This document shows positions 1 through 7,594 of a stretch of DNA of 17,602 bases, piece after piece (within the stretch, counting starts at the first letter, position 1; the number at the start of each line of letters is the position of its first letter). A program made the position numbers and the translations under genes. Under the pieces are notes generated by a model. The model ran no database searches. It had not been told where the DNA came from and was given only the letters and a program-made list of their open reading frames with translations. The DNA comes from Archangium sp. (GTDB taxonomy: Bacteria; Myxococcota; Myxococcia; Myxococcales; Myxococcaceae), in assembly GCA_031367385.1 (NCBI GenBank), contig JANLPS010000196.1:1-17602 (forward strand), read 5' to 3'.

Positions 1-919
1 CAACGTGCAGACCGACTCACGCTTCTCGGGCCGTGAGAGCGTGGTGGTGTACGGCGTTGATCAGGTGCTCTGCATACCCATCGGCGTTCAGGCACCCTTC
101 ATCGGCGTGCTGTACCTGAACCGGCCCTCGGCGAACGACGAGCCGATCGAACGATTGCTCGACCTGTGCAGCGCGATCGCCCAGTTGGTGCAGACCGGCA
201 TCAGCAAATTTCAGGGCAAGCACCCCGAGAAAGATGATCGCTTTCACCGGGCCTTGGCGCGCTTTCACGGGCCCGACATCGTCGAGCGCCGGGCCGCCGA
301 GCTGAAAGCGCAGGGCAACAGCTTGACGCACCTCGAAGAGCGCCAGGTGACGGTGATGTTCGCCGACATCGCCGGGTTCACCGCGCTGGTGCAGAACCTC
401 GAGCCGCAGCGGGTGCTCGAGATTCTCAACGAGTTCTATCGCCTGGCGACCCAGCTGATCTTCAGCTTCGAGGGTACGGTCGACAAGTTCCTGGGTGATC
501 AGGTGATGGCGCTCTTCGGCGCTCCGTACAGCAAGGGCGACGACGCGATTCGCGCGGTGCGCGCGGCGATGGCCCTCAAGGCGGAGTGGACGCGGGCGAT
601 GCTCAGCCGTGACCCCAGCGAGAGGCTGCAGCTGCGCGTCGGCCTCAACACCGGCAAGGTGCTCGCCGGCACCGTCGGCAGCGACGCGCGGGTCGACTAC
701 ACCGCCATCGGAGAACCAGTGAACATCGCCTCGTGGCTCTGCTCGAGCGCCGAGCCGGGCCAGGTCTTGCTCACCGGCAAGTCGCTGGCGAGCATCGGCG
801 CGCGCTTCGACGTGACTCCGCTGGGCGAGCGGCCGTTGTTCGGCTCGAAGGCCCGTACGGCGATCTTCGAAGTGCTCGACGAAGACAACGATTCGGGCAC
901 CTTGTCGGGCATTCGCTAG
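1..919 (+). CDS. Class III adenylate/guanylate cyclase with upstream GAF-like region (5' end outside window)
   Basis: Cyclase motifs VTVMFADIAGFT, GTVDKFLGDQVMALFG, LRVGLNTG and DYTAIGEPVNIAS. The N-terminal SVVVYGVDQVLCIPI...IGVLYL resembles the end of a GAF domain. Lys in DKF and Thr in DYT indicate ATP specificity (class IIIb). The frame is open to the window edge; stop TAG at 917-919. Confidence 0.9.
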   Translation, partial: NVQTDSRFSGRESVVVYGVDQVLCIPIGVQAPFIGVLYLNRPSANDEPIERLLDLCSAIAQLVQTGISKFQGKHPEKDDRFHRALARFHGPDIVERRAAELKAQGNSLTHLEERQVTVMFADIAGFTALVQNLEPQRVLEILNEFYRLATQLIFSFEGTVDKFLGDQVMALFGAPYSKGDDAIRAVRAAMALKAEWTRAMLSRDPSERLQLRVGLNTGKVLAGTVGSDARVDYTAIGEPVNIASWLCSSAEPGQVLLTGKSLASIGARFDVTPLGERPLFGSKARTAIFEVLDEDNDSGTLSGIR

Positions 920-938
920 CGTTTTCTGCCGCTTGGGG

Positions 939-967
939 TTGACAACGGATATTCATCCGTTTAAACA
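939..967 (+). promoter_or_regulatory. Sigma70-type promoter (TTGACA-17 bp-TAAACA) with a palindromic operator-like site in the spacer
   Basis: TTGACA at 939-944, 17-bp spacer, TAAACA at 962-967 (imperfect -10). Inverted repeat AACGGAT-attc-ATCCGTT at 944-961. This is an AT-rich patch in otherwise GC-rich sequence. Confidence 0.6.
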
Positions 968-974
968 GAGACCT

Positions 975-1055
975 ATGTCCGGGCACTCCCATCACCGCGC
1001 GCCGAAAGCCTGCCGGCGATGTTGGTTGATGTGCCCGCGTCATATGTGCAGCTGA
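975..1055 (+). CDS. Putative 26-aa Cys/His/Met-rich leader peptide MSGHSHHRAPKACRRCWLMCPRHMCS
   Basis: Hand translation: ATG 975-977 to TGA 1053-1055. The ATG lies 7 nt after the putative -10 box. 4 Cys, 4 His and 3 Met in 26 aa. Below the ORF-track size cutoff. Confidence 0.4.
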   Translation: MSGHSHHRAPKACRRCWLMCPRHMCS

Positions 1056-1087
1056 ACCGCGTCTCCTCACCTCGCGTCAGCCTTTTT
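1051..1087 (+). terminator. Possible intrinsic terminator/attenuator hairpin upstream of the hotdog-fold gene
   Basis: GCTGA(ac)CGCG 1051-1061 pairs with CGCGTCAGC 1073-1081 (2-nt bulge, 11-nt loop), followed by TTTTT at 1083-1087. Confidence 0.35.
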
Positions 1088-1119
1088 CCCCTCGTACCCG
1101 CCGCTCGAAAGCAAAACCC

Positions 1120-1887
1120 ATGTCACGTCTGATTTCAGTCAACCGCCAGGTCACTCCCGCCGCCGCCCGGCACGAATGGCACGTCGCAGACGAGGGCCGT
1201 CCGTTTCAGCGGATGGACCCGTCGCGGTTGCTCGAAAAGCTCGGCGCGGTGGCCAGCGAGCTGGTCGGGCCGGGGGTGGTCGCGATCGGGGTCGAGCGGC
1301 TGCAGGTGTTCGACGAGGTGCGTGCGGGCGACCACCTGCTGATCACCGCGGCGCTCGAGCCCGAGCGTCACCGCCGGCGAAGCGTGAGCATCGTGGTGCG
1401 CAAAGACCGGCAGGTGCTGGTGGCGGGCGTATTGAGCTTCGTGCCGCTCGACGCACCCGATGGGCTCTCACCGGCGCAACGGCACCGGGTGCGAAGCAGC
1501 GCTCGCGATGGTCGCTCGTTGGTCGAGACGGTGTTTCACGCCCGTGCGGCCGACGACGATTGGCTGCTGCGCGGCAACCCGCTGGAGTGGGTGCACGCCT
1601 CGGCGGTGCTCTCGGCGCAGGGCTACGTCGCTGGGCCAACAGACTTCATCGCGCTGCAGGCCGTCTCGAGGTTGGGGCCAGTCTCGCCGGGCACCTCGCT
1701 GGTGCTCCAGTGCAGCGTGGTGCACGTCGACCAGTCTGTGGTCTCGGTGCTCAGCCATGTTCGTACCGAGGTCGAGCGCCGCGACGTGCTCTGGGCGATC
1801 AGCTCGTTCAGGGCCCAACGCGACGACGTGGCGCCCTTGCTTCGCGCGTGGCCCACTTGGTTGGGCGTGTCACCCCCTGAGCCCTGA
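1120..1887 (+). CDS. Double hotdog-fold protein, distantly acyl-CoA thioesterase (YciA)-like, probably catalytically degenerate
   Basis: Two repeats of the hotdog pattern: VVAIGVERLQVFDEVRAGDHLLITAAL and TVF...LLRGNPLEWVHASAVLSA...IALQAVSRLGPVSPGTSLVLQCSVVHVDQSVVSV. Compare the YciA-type consensus GGxLLxWMD...VTxxVDxVxFxxPVxxGDxVxxxAxVxxVGxSSMxV. Confidence 0.6.
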   Translation: MSRLISVNRQVTPAAARHEWHVADEGRPFQRMDPSRLLEKLGAVASELVGPGVVAIGVERLQVFDEVRAGDHLLITAALEPERHRRRSVSIVVRKDRQVLVAGVLSFVPLDAPDGLSPAQRHRVRSSARDGRSLVETVFHARAADDDWLLRGNPLEWVHASAVLSAQGYVAGPTDFIALQAVSRLGPVSPGTSLVLQCSVVHVDQSVVSVLSHVRTEVERRDVLWAISSFRAQRDDVAPLLRAWPTWLGVSPPEP

Positions 1888-2012
1888 CGCTTCGGGGGGT
1901 CGTGGGCGCAAATGCGCCACATCGAGCGCAGCCGCCTCAGCCGGGCTGTGGCCAAAACGTCACCATCACTGGTGGGTGAAGCGGCATGCGGGTTGCTCTG
2001 GCGGTGACCCGT

Positions 2013-3653
2013 ATGTCTTCGAAACGAATGGTAAAAGCGTCTCTGGTCTCAGCCATCGCCATCGCGCTGGGAGCTGGAGCCGCCACCGACACGCAGAGCC
2101 CCGAGAAGCCCACGGGGCCCACGCAGGCCGCGGCGAAGGTCAAGGCGCTGCCTCGCCCCGACTCACCGCAAGCGACGGTGACCGACTTTCTCGAGGCGGT
2201 TCGCACCGGCAAAGACAGCGTCGCCGCGACCTATCTCGAGATGTTGCCCAACGCGAAAGACGACCCCAAAGCGCTCGCCCAGCAGCTGGCGGCAGTGCTC
2301 CAGAGCCAGCCGAACTTCGAGGTCGACAGCCTCTCTCCCGATTGGAACGGCGACACAGAAGACGGGTTGCCCGACGCGCAAGAAGACATCGCGCACATCG
2401 CGATTGACGAGAAGAGCGCGGCCCAGCCGGTGCGGTTGATCAACCACCCCGAGTCGAACCCCTCGTGGCGCTTCGCGGCCATCACGGTTCACAACATACC
2501 CACCTGGTACGCGCGCACGCCGAGCGCCTGGGTGACGTCGCACTTGCCGAAGTGGCTGCAGCAGCGCGGCCCGGCCGGCGTTCAGTTCTGGCAATGGGTG
2601 GCGATGTTCGTCACGGTGATCGTCTCGTGGGCGATTGGCTACGCGGTCAGCCGATCGATTCACGGCGTGGCGATGCGCCTGGTGAAACGCACCCGCACGG
2701 AGTGGGACGACTTGGTCGTCAAGGCGCTGCAGGGGCCGATCGCACTGGCGTGCTCAGTGGGTGTCGCGATGGCGTCGCTGCCGTTTCTCGATCTGCCCGA
2801 GACTCCGGGCACGATGGTGTTTCGGGCGCTCAAGGGCGGCTTTCTGGCGGTCTTCTTCTGGGTCAGCCTGCGGGTGGTCGACCTCGCGCGTGACGCGATC
2901 ATTCGGGCGCAGGTGATCAATGATCAGCCCTCGTCGCGCTCGTTGATCAGCCTCGGCTCACGCTTCGCCAAGGCGCTGCTGTTCGTAATTCTGGTGATCG
3001 CGGTGCTCTCGCAGCTCGGTTTTCCCGTGGCGAGCTTGCTGGCGGGGTTGGGCATCGGAGGCCTCGCGGTGGCGTTGGCGGGGCAGAAGACGCTCGAGAA
3101 CCTGCTGGGCACCTTCGCCATCGGCTTCGACCAACCGTTTCGCGAAGGCGACTTCGTGAAGGTGCGTGACTTCACCGGCACGGTCGAGACGATTGGCCTG
3201 CGCTCGACGCGCTTTCGAACGCTCGATCGCACCATCGTGTCGCTCCCGAACGGCAAGTTGGCCGATGAGCAGATCGAGACCTTCGCCGCGAGAGACCGGT
3301 TTCGCCTGCTGGTCAACCTGCCGGTACGCTACGGCGCCTCGTCAGAGCAGCTGGGCCAGGCGCTCACCAAGCTCGAAGAAGCGATTCGCAAGCAACCGAA
3401 GATCGACGCGAAGACCGTCTCGGTGAAGCTGACCGCGATGGGCGAGTGGTCGATGGCGTTCGAGGCCCTCGCGATGGTCGACACCACCAGCCCCGACGAG
3501 TTCAACCTCGCTCGCCAGGCGGTGTTGCTGCTGATGGTTCAGACGCTCGAGGAGCTGGGCGTGAAGATTCAACCCTCGGCCTCAGCGGTTGCCGCCGAGG
3601 CCGCGATCAAAAAAGGAGCCGTTCCTCCGCCGACTCCTCTCCCCAAGCAGTGA
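2013..3653 (+). CDS. MscS-family small-conductance mechanosensitive channel with N-terminal periplasmic extension
   Basis: Signal-peptide-like N-terminus and several hydrophobic TM segments. TM3 motif SLLAGLGIGGLAVALAGQKTLENL and beta-domain DQPFREGDFV...GTVETIGLRSTRFRTLDRTIVSLPN. Start is most plausibly ATG 2013 (alternatives 1986, 2028). Confidence 0.92.
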   Translation: MSSKRMVKASLVSAIAIALGAGAATDTQSPEKPTGPTQAAAKVKALPRPDSPQATVTDFLEAVRTGKDSVAATYLEMLPNAKDDPKALAQQLAAVLQSQPNFEVDSLSPDWNGDTEDGLPDAQEDIAHIAIDEKSAAQPVRLINHPESNPSWRFAAITVHNIPTWYARTPSAWVTSHLPKWLQQRGPAGVQFWQWVAMFVTVIVSWAIGYAVSRSIHGVAMRLVKRTRTEWDDLVVKALQGPIALACSVGVAMASLPFLDLPETPGTMVFRALKGGFLAVFFWVSLRVVDLARDAIIRAQVINDQPSSRSLISLGSRFAKALLFVILVIAVLSQLGFPVASLLAGLGIGGLAVALAGQKTLENLLGTFAIGFDQPFREGDFVKVRDFTGTVETIGLRSTRFRTLDRTIVSLPNGKLADEQIETFAARDRFRLLVNLPVRYGASSEQLGQALTKLEEAIRKQPKIDAKTVSVKLTAMGEWSMAFEALAMVDTTSPDEFNLARQAVLLLMVQTLEELGVKIQPSASAVAAEAAIKKGAVPPPTPLPKQ

Positions 3654-3668
3654 AAGCGACCGCACGAC

Positions 3669-5771
3669 ATGATCACCATCTGGCCGGGCCGACCCTACCC
3701 GCTGGGCGCCACCGTCGAAAATGGCGGTACCCACTTCTCGCTCTACTCCGAGGTCGCGACCCGGGTTGAGCTGTGCCTGTTCGACGAGCAAGGCACCGAG
3801 ACCCGCGTCGACCTGCCCGAGGTCACCGCGCTGTGCTGGCACGGCTTCGTGCCCGGTGTCGGGCCGGGTCAGCGCTATGGGTACCGGGTGCATGGCCCGT
3901 GGGCTCCCCAGGAGGGGCATCGCTGCCACCCGTCGAAGCTGCTGATCGACCCCTACGCGAGACAGATCGACCAAGACGTGAAGTGGGACGAAGCGTTGTT
4001 CACCTACCGCTTCGACAAAGCAAACACCGCCTTCAACGACGCCGACAGCGGGCCGTTCACGCCCAAAGGCATCGTGACCGACCCGGCCTTCGACTGGCAG
4101 GGCGACCAGCGGCCCAACGTGCCGTGGCACCAGACGGTCATCTACGAGATGCACGTGAAGGGCTTCACCAAGAACATGGAGGGCGTGCCCGAGCACCTGC
4201 GCGGCACCTACGCCGGCCTCGCCAACCCGCCGGCGATCGAGCACCTCAAGAAGCTCGGCGTGACCTCGGTCGAGCTGATGCCGGTGCACGAGTTCGTGCA
4301 CGACAAGCACCTGGTCGACAAAGGGCTGCGCAACTACTGGGGCTACAACACCATCGGCTTCTTCGCGCCACACCACGGCTACTCGTCGCGGCCTGGCAAC
4401 CAGGTGCACGAGTTCAAGGGCATGGTGAAGGCGCTACACCTGGCCGGCATCGAGGTGATTCTCGACGTGGTCTACAACCACAGCGCCGAGGGCAGCCACC
4501 TGGGGCCGACGCTGAGCTTTCGCGGCATCGACAACATGAATTACTACCGCACGGTCGCCGAGAACCCGGAGTTTTACTTCGACGTCACCGGCACCGGCAA
4601 TTCGTTCAACATGCGCAGCTCGAACTACCTGCAGCTGATGATGGACTCGCTGCGCTTCTGGGCGACCGAGATGCACATCGACGGGTTTCGCTTCGACCTG
4701 GCGGCCACGCTGGCGCGCGAGTTTCACGACGTCGACAAGCTCAGCGCGTTCTTCGACCTGATTCACCAAGACCCGGTGACGCGCTCGGTGAAGCTGATCG
4801 CCGAGCCGTGGGACCTGGGGTCGAACGGTTACCACGTCGGCAATTTTCCCCCGCTGTGGACGGAGTGGAACGGAAAGTACCGCGACACCGCCCGCGACTA
4901 CTGGCGGGGCGAGCCGGCGGCGTTGCCTGAATTGGCCAACCGGCTCACCGGCAGCTCTGATCTGTACCAGAGCACCGGGCGAAGGCCGTCAGCGAGCATC
5001 AACTTCATCACCGCGCACGACGGGTTCACGCTGCGAGATCTGGTCAGCTACAACGAGCGTCACAACGAAGCGAACGGTGAAGAGGGCCGCGACGGCGCCA
5101 GCGACAACCGCTCGTGGAACTGCGGTGCCGAGGGGCCGACCGAAGACCCCAAGGTGAACACATTGCGCGCGCGGCAACAGCGCAACATGATCGCGACGCT
5201 GATGCTCTCGCAAGGCGTGCCGATGCTGGTCGCGGGTGACGAGCTCGGGCGCACTCAGAAGGGCAACAACAACACCTACGCGCAAGACAATGAGCTCAGC
5301 TACATCGATTGGAAAAACGCCGATGAGCAACTGATCGAGTTCACCCAGCGCATCATTGCGCTGCGCCGACAGCACCCGACGTTCTGCCGCAGGCGCTTCT
5401 TCGAAGGCCGCCCGATTCACGGCGAGGGCGTGACCGACATTCTCTGGCTCAAGCCCGACGGCAAAGAGATGGAGACCGGCGACTGGCAGAACGGCTTCGC
5501 CCGCAGCTTCGGCATGTTTCTCAATGGCAAGCAGGTCGGCCACGGAGAGCACGGCGAGGTGTTGAGCGACGCGAGCTTTCTCATCTTCTTCAACGCGGGC
5601 GACGAGCCGGTGCCCTTTCACCTGCCGAAGATCGAAGGCGAGAAGCACGCCTGGGTGCGAATCGTCGACACCGCGGCAGAAAAGCCGTTCACCGAGCAGC
5701 CGCTCGACGAGAACGCCGAGATACCCCTCGAGTTTCGAAGCCTGTCGGTGTTTCGCTCACAAGCGCCCTGA
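3669..5771 (+). CDS. glgX: Glycogen debranching enzyme / isoamylase (GlgX/TreX, GH13_11)
   Basis: WPGRPYPLGAT N-terminus, NYWGYNTIGFFAP, DVVYNH, GFRFDLA (nucleophile), IAEPWD (acid/base), FITAHDGFTL and SQGVPML. Confidence 0.97.
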   Translation: MITIWPGRPYPLGATVENGGTHFSLYSEVATRVELCLFDEQGTETRVDLPEVTALCWHGFVPGVGPGQRYGYRVHGPWAPQEGHRCHPSKLLIDPYARQIDQDVKWDEALFTYRFDKANTAFNDADSGPFTPKGIVTDPAFDWQGDQRPNVPWHQTVIYEMHVKGFTKNMEGVPEHLRGTYAGLANPPAIEHLKKLGVTSVELMPVHEFVHDKHLVDKGLRNYWGYNTIGFFAPHHGYSSRPGNQVHEFKGMVKALHLAGIEVILDVVYNHSAEGSHLGPTLSFRGIDNMNYYRTVAENPEFYFDVTGTGNSFNMRSSNYLQLMMDSLRFWATEMHIDGFRFDLAATLAREFHDVDKLSAFFDLIHQDPVTRSVKLIAEPWDLGSNGYHVGNFPPLWTEWNGKYRDTARDYWRGEPAALPELANRLTGSSDLYQSTGRRPSASINFITAHDGFTLRDLVSYNERHNEANGEEGRDGASDNRSWNCGAEGPTEDPKVNTLRARQQRNMIATLMLSQGVPMLVAGDELGRTQKGNNNTYAQDNELSYIDWKNADEQLIEFTQRIIALRRQHPTFCRRRFFEGRPIHGEGVTDILWLKPDGKEMETGDWQNGFARSFGMFLNGKQVGHGEHGEVLSDASFLIFFNAGDEPVPFHLPKIEGEKHAWVRIVDTAAEKPFTEQPLDENAEIPLEFRSLSVFRSQAP

Positions 5772-5840
5772 AGCAGTGAGCCGCACACATCTGCCCAGGT
5801 CGACCCGCTGAAGCCGGCTGGTATGTTCGCGGCCGTGAGA

Positions 5841-6719
5841 ATGCGAGCCTTGGGTGCGGTGCTACTTCTCGTCGTCTCGTGTGGCCCCCAAGCGAAGTCG
5901 CAGGTCGCCGGGGGCACAGACGAGGGCGTCGACTCTGGCACACCGAGCCCCTTTGCTTACCGCGTCACCGTCGAAGACCCGTCGAATCTGCTGCCCAACG
6001 ACCACGCCGCCATGCTCGCGTGTACGCAAGGAGCGCTCGACGAGTGGGGCAAGTACGTGACCGGCAAGGGCGTGCTCCTCGTCGAGGTTCTGGTGGAAGC
6101 CACGCGGGACGGTCGCATGACCGGCAACAGCACCAGCAACGTGCCGATCGGCAGTTGCAAAAACACTCGCGGCTGCACCTTGGTGCGCGAACAGGCCATC
6201 AATCGGCTGCTGGTCGGCAAGGCCAACCCAGCCAAGCCAGGTGAGCCCGACGTGCGCGTGACCATTGACCCGAACTATTGGCTCTCGGTGTGGGTTGACC
6301 CCGACCCGCAGGGCCGAACGGCGACCGTCCCCGAGAACATGCTCGACTGTGTTTCAGTCGTCACCCACGAGCTAGCGCACGGGCTGGGCATCAACGGCTT
6401 TCGAAGCCGCGAGACTTTCGAGCCGACGTCGGCTTTTCAGACCAACTTCGACGACTTGATTCACCTGGTACCGGGCGGGTCGGCCCTCACCTTCGAAGGC
6501 CCGCTCACCAAAGCCGACTTCGGGTCGCTGCCGCTGACCCGCACCAGCCCGACCCAAAACGTCTACCACTACGGTGATGCGACGACGCCTTCAAACATCG
6601 ACACCTTGCTGATGAACGGTATCGCGTACGACCCAGGGCACCGGTATCGGGTGCAGAAGCTCGACGTGCGCATCATGCAAGACCTCGGGCTGCCGGTGTA
6701 CCAGGTGCCCTCGAACTGA
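5841..6719 (+). CDS. Putative lipoprotein zinc metallopeptidase (HExxH)
   Basis: MRALGAVLLLVVSC signal with lipobox-like Cys. VVTHELAHGLG zinc motif, with a distal VYHYG followed by LLMNG as possible third ligand and Met-turn. Alternative start at 5823. Confidence 0.7.
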   Translation: MRALGAVLLLVVSCGPQAKSQVAGGTDEGVDSGTPSPFAYRVTVEDPSNLLPNDHAAMLACTQGALDEWGKYVTGKGVLLVEVLVEATRDGRMTGNSTSNVPIGSCKNTRGCTLVREQAINRLLVGKANPAKPGEPDVRVTIDPNYWLSVWVDPDPQGRTATVPENMLDCVSVVTHELAHGLGINGFRSRETFEPTSAFQTNFDDLIHLVPGGSALTFEGPLTKADFGSLPLTRTSPTQNVYHYGDATTPSNIDTLLMNGIAYDPGHRYRVQKLDVRIMQDLGLPVYQVPSN

Positions 6720-6720
6720 C

Positions 6721-7578
6721 TCATCGGCTCGTGGCGGCGCGCCGCTTGGGGGCCGCTTTTCGAGTCGCCCGCGCCGGTTTTCGAGCGGCGGTCTTGGCCT
6801 TTGCGCTGCGGGCGCCCCCACCTTTGACCACCTGCAGGCTGCGCTCGAGGGCCTCAGAGAGATCGCTGATCGTCTCGGTCTCGGCGACCTCTGGTGCCTC
6901 GATCGCTTTGCCCTTCGACTTCTTCTCGATCAGCGCATGCACGCGCGCGCTGTACTCGTTTCTAAAGCTCTTCGGCTCGAACGGAGTCGCCAATTGCTCG
7001 ACCAGCGCCTCGGCCATGTCGATCTCTTTCTTGGTCACCGTCGTCTTGATCGGCTTCGGCGCGGCGACGAGCTCATCTCCGTAGATCAACGTCGTCAGCT
7101 GCAGCCCGCCATGGGCGAGTCGAATCATGCACAGGTGCTGCTTGGTGCTCAGCACGATGCGGCCGATGGCGACCCGGCCTGATTTCTCCATCGCGGCGAC
7201 CAGCAACGCATAGGCCTTGTCAGCCCGGCCCTCGGGCTGCGCGAAGTACGAGCGGTCGAAGAACACGGGGTCGACTTCTTCGAGCTTGACGAAGGCTTCA
7301 ATCGCCACGGTGCGGTCGGCCACGGGGTCGACGGCCTTGAGCTCGTCTCTCGTCACGGTCACGTACTTGTCTTTGGTGAGCTCGTACCCCTTCACGATGT
7401 GGTCGTACGACACCTCTTTGCCGTCGATTTCGCAGACCCGCTTTTCTCGAATGCGGCCCCCGTCGGCGTCGTGCAGCATGTGAAAGTGCACGTCTTGTGG
7501 GCGCGTCGCGGCGCTCAACCCAATCGGTATATTCACGAGGCCAAAGCTGATGGCCCCTTTCCACATCGCTCGAGCCAT
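6721..7578 (-). CDS. ku: Non-homologous end-joining protein Ku
   Basis: MARAMWKGAISFGLVNIPI start, IVKGYE, FVKLEEVDPVFFDRSYF and AYALL, plus an Ala/Lys/Arg-rich C-terminal tail. GAAAGG RBS at 7586-7591. The ORF-track start at 7731 overlaps ligD and is not used. Confidence 0.97.
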   Translation of the reverse strand: MARAMWKGAISFGLVNIPIGLSAATRPQDVHFHMLHDADGGRIREKRVCEIDGKEVSYDHIVKGYELTKDKYVTVTRDELKAVDPVADRTVAIEAFVKLEEVDPVFFDRSYFAQPEGRADKAYALLVAAMEKSGRVAIGRIVLSTKQHLCMIRLAHGGLQLTTLIYGDELVAAPKPIKTTVTKKEIDMAEALVEQLATPFEPKSFRNEYSARVHALIEKKSKGKAIEAPEVAETETISDLSEALERSLQVVKGGGARSAKAKTAARKPARATRKAAPKRRAATSR

Positions 7579-7594
7579 GGTGCGGCCTTTCTTT

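Noticed and set aside
995..1020. GCCGAAAGCCTGCCGG resembling part of a c-di-GMP-I (GEMM) riboswitch
   Set aside because: The P1/P2 architecture and the GGGCAAACC-like 5' element are not evident. Only a short word matches; an Infernal hit would be needed.
1872..1900. C-run/G-run hairpin overlapping the hotdog gene stop codon
   Set aside because: No T-tract follows, and such pairing is easy by chance at this GC content; not called as a terminator.
3773..4930. Alternative-frame ORFs inside glgX (and similar ones at 1176-1880, 1460-2407, 10245-11399, 16181-17305)
   Set aside because: Arg/Pro/Ala-rich off-frame translations typical of high-GC DNA, overlapping confidently assigned genes.
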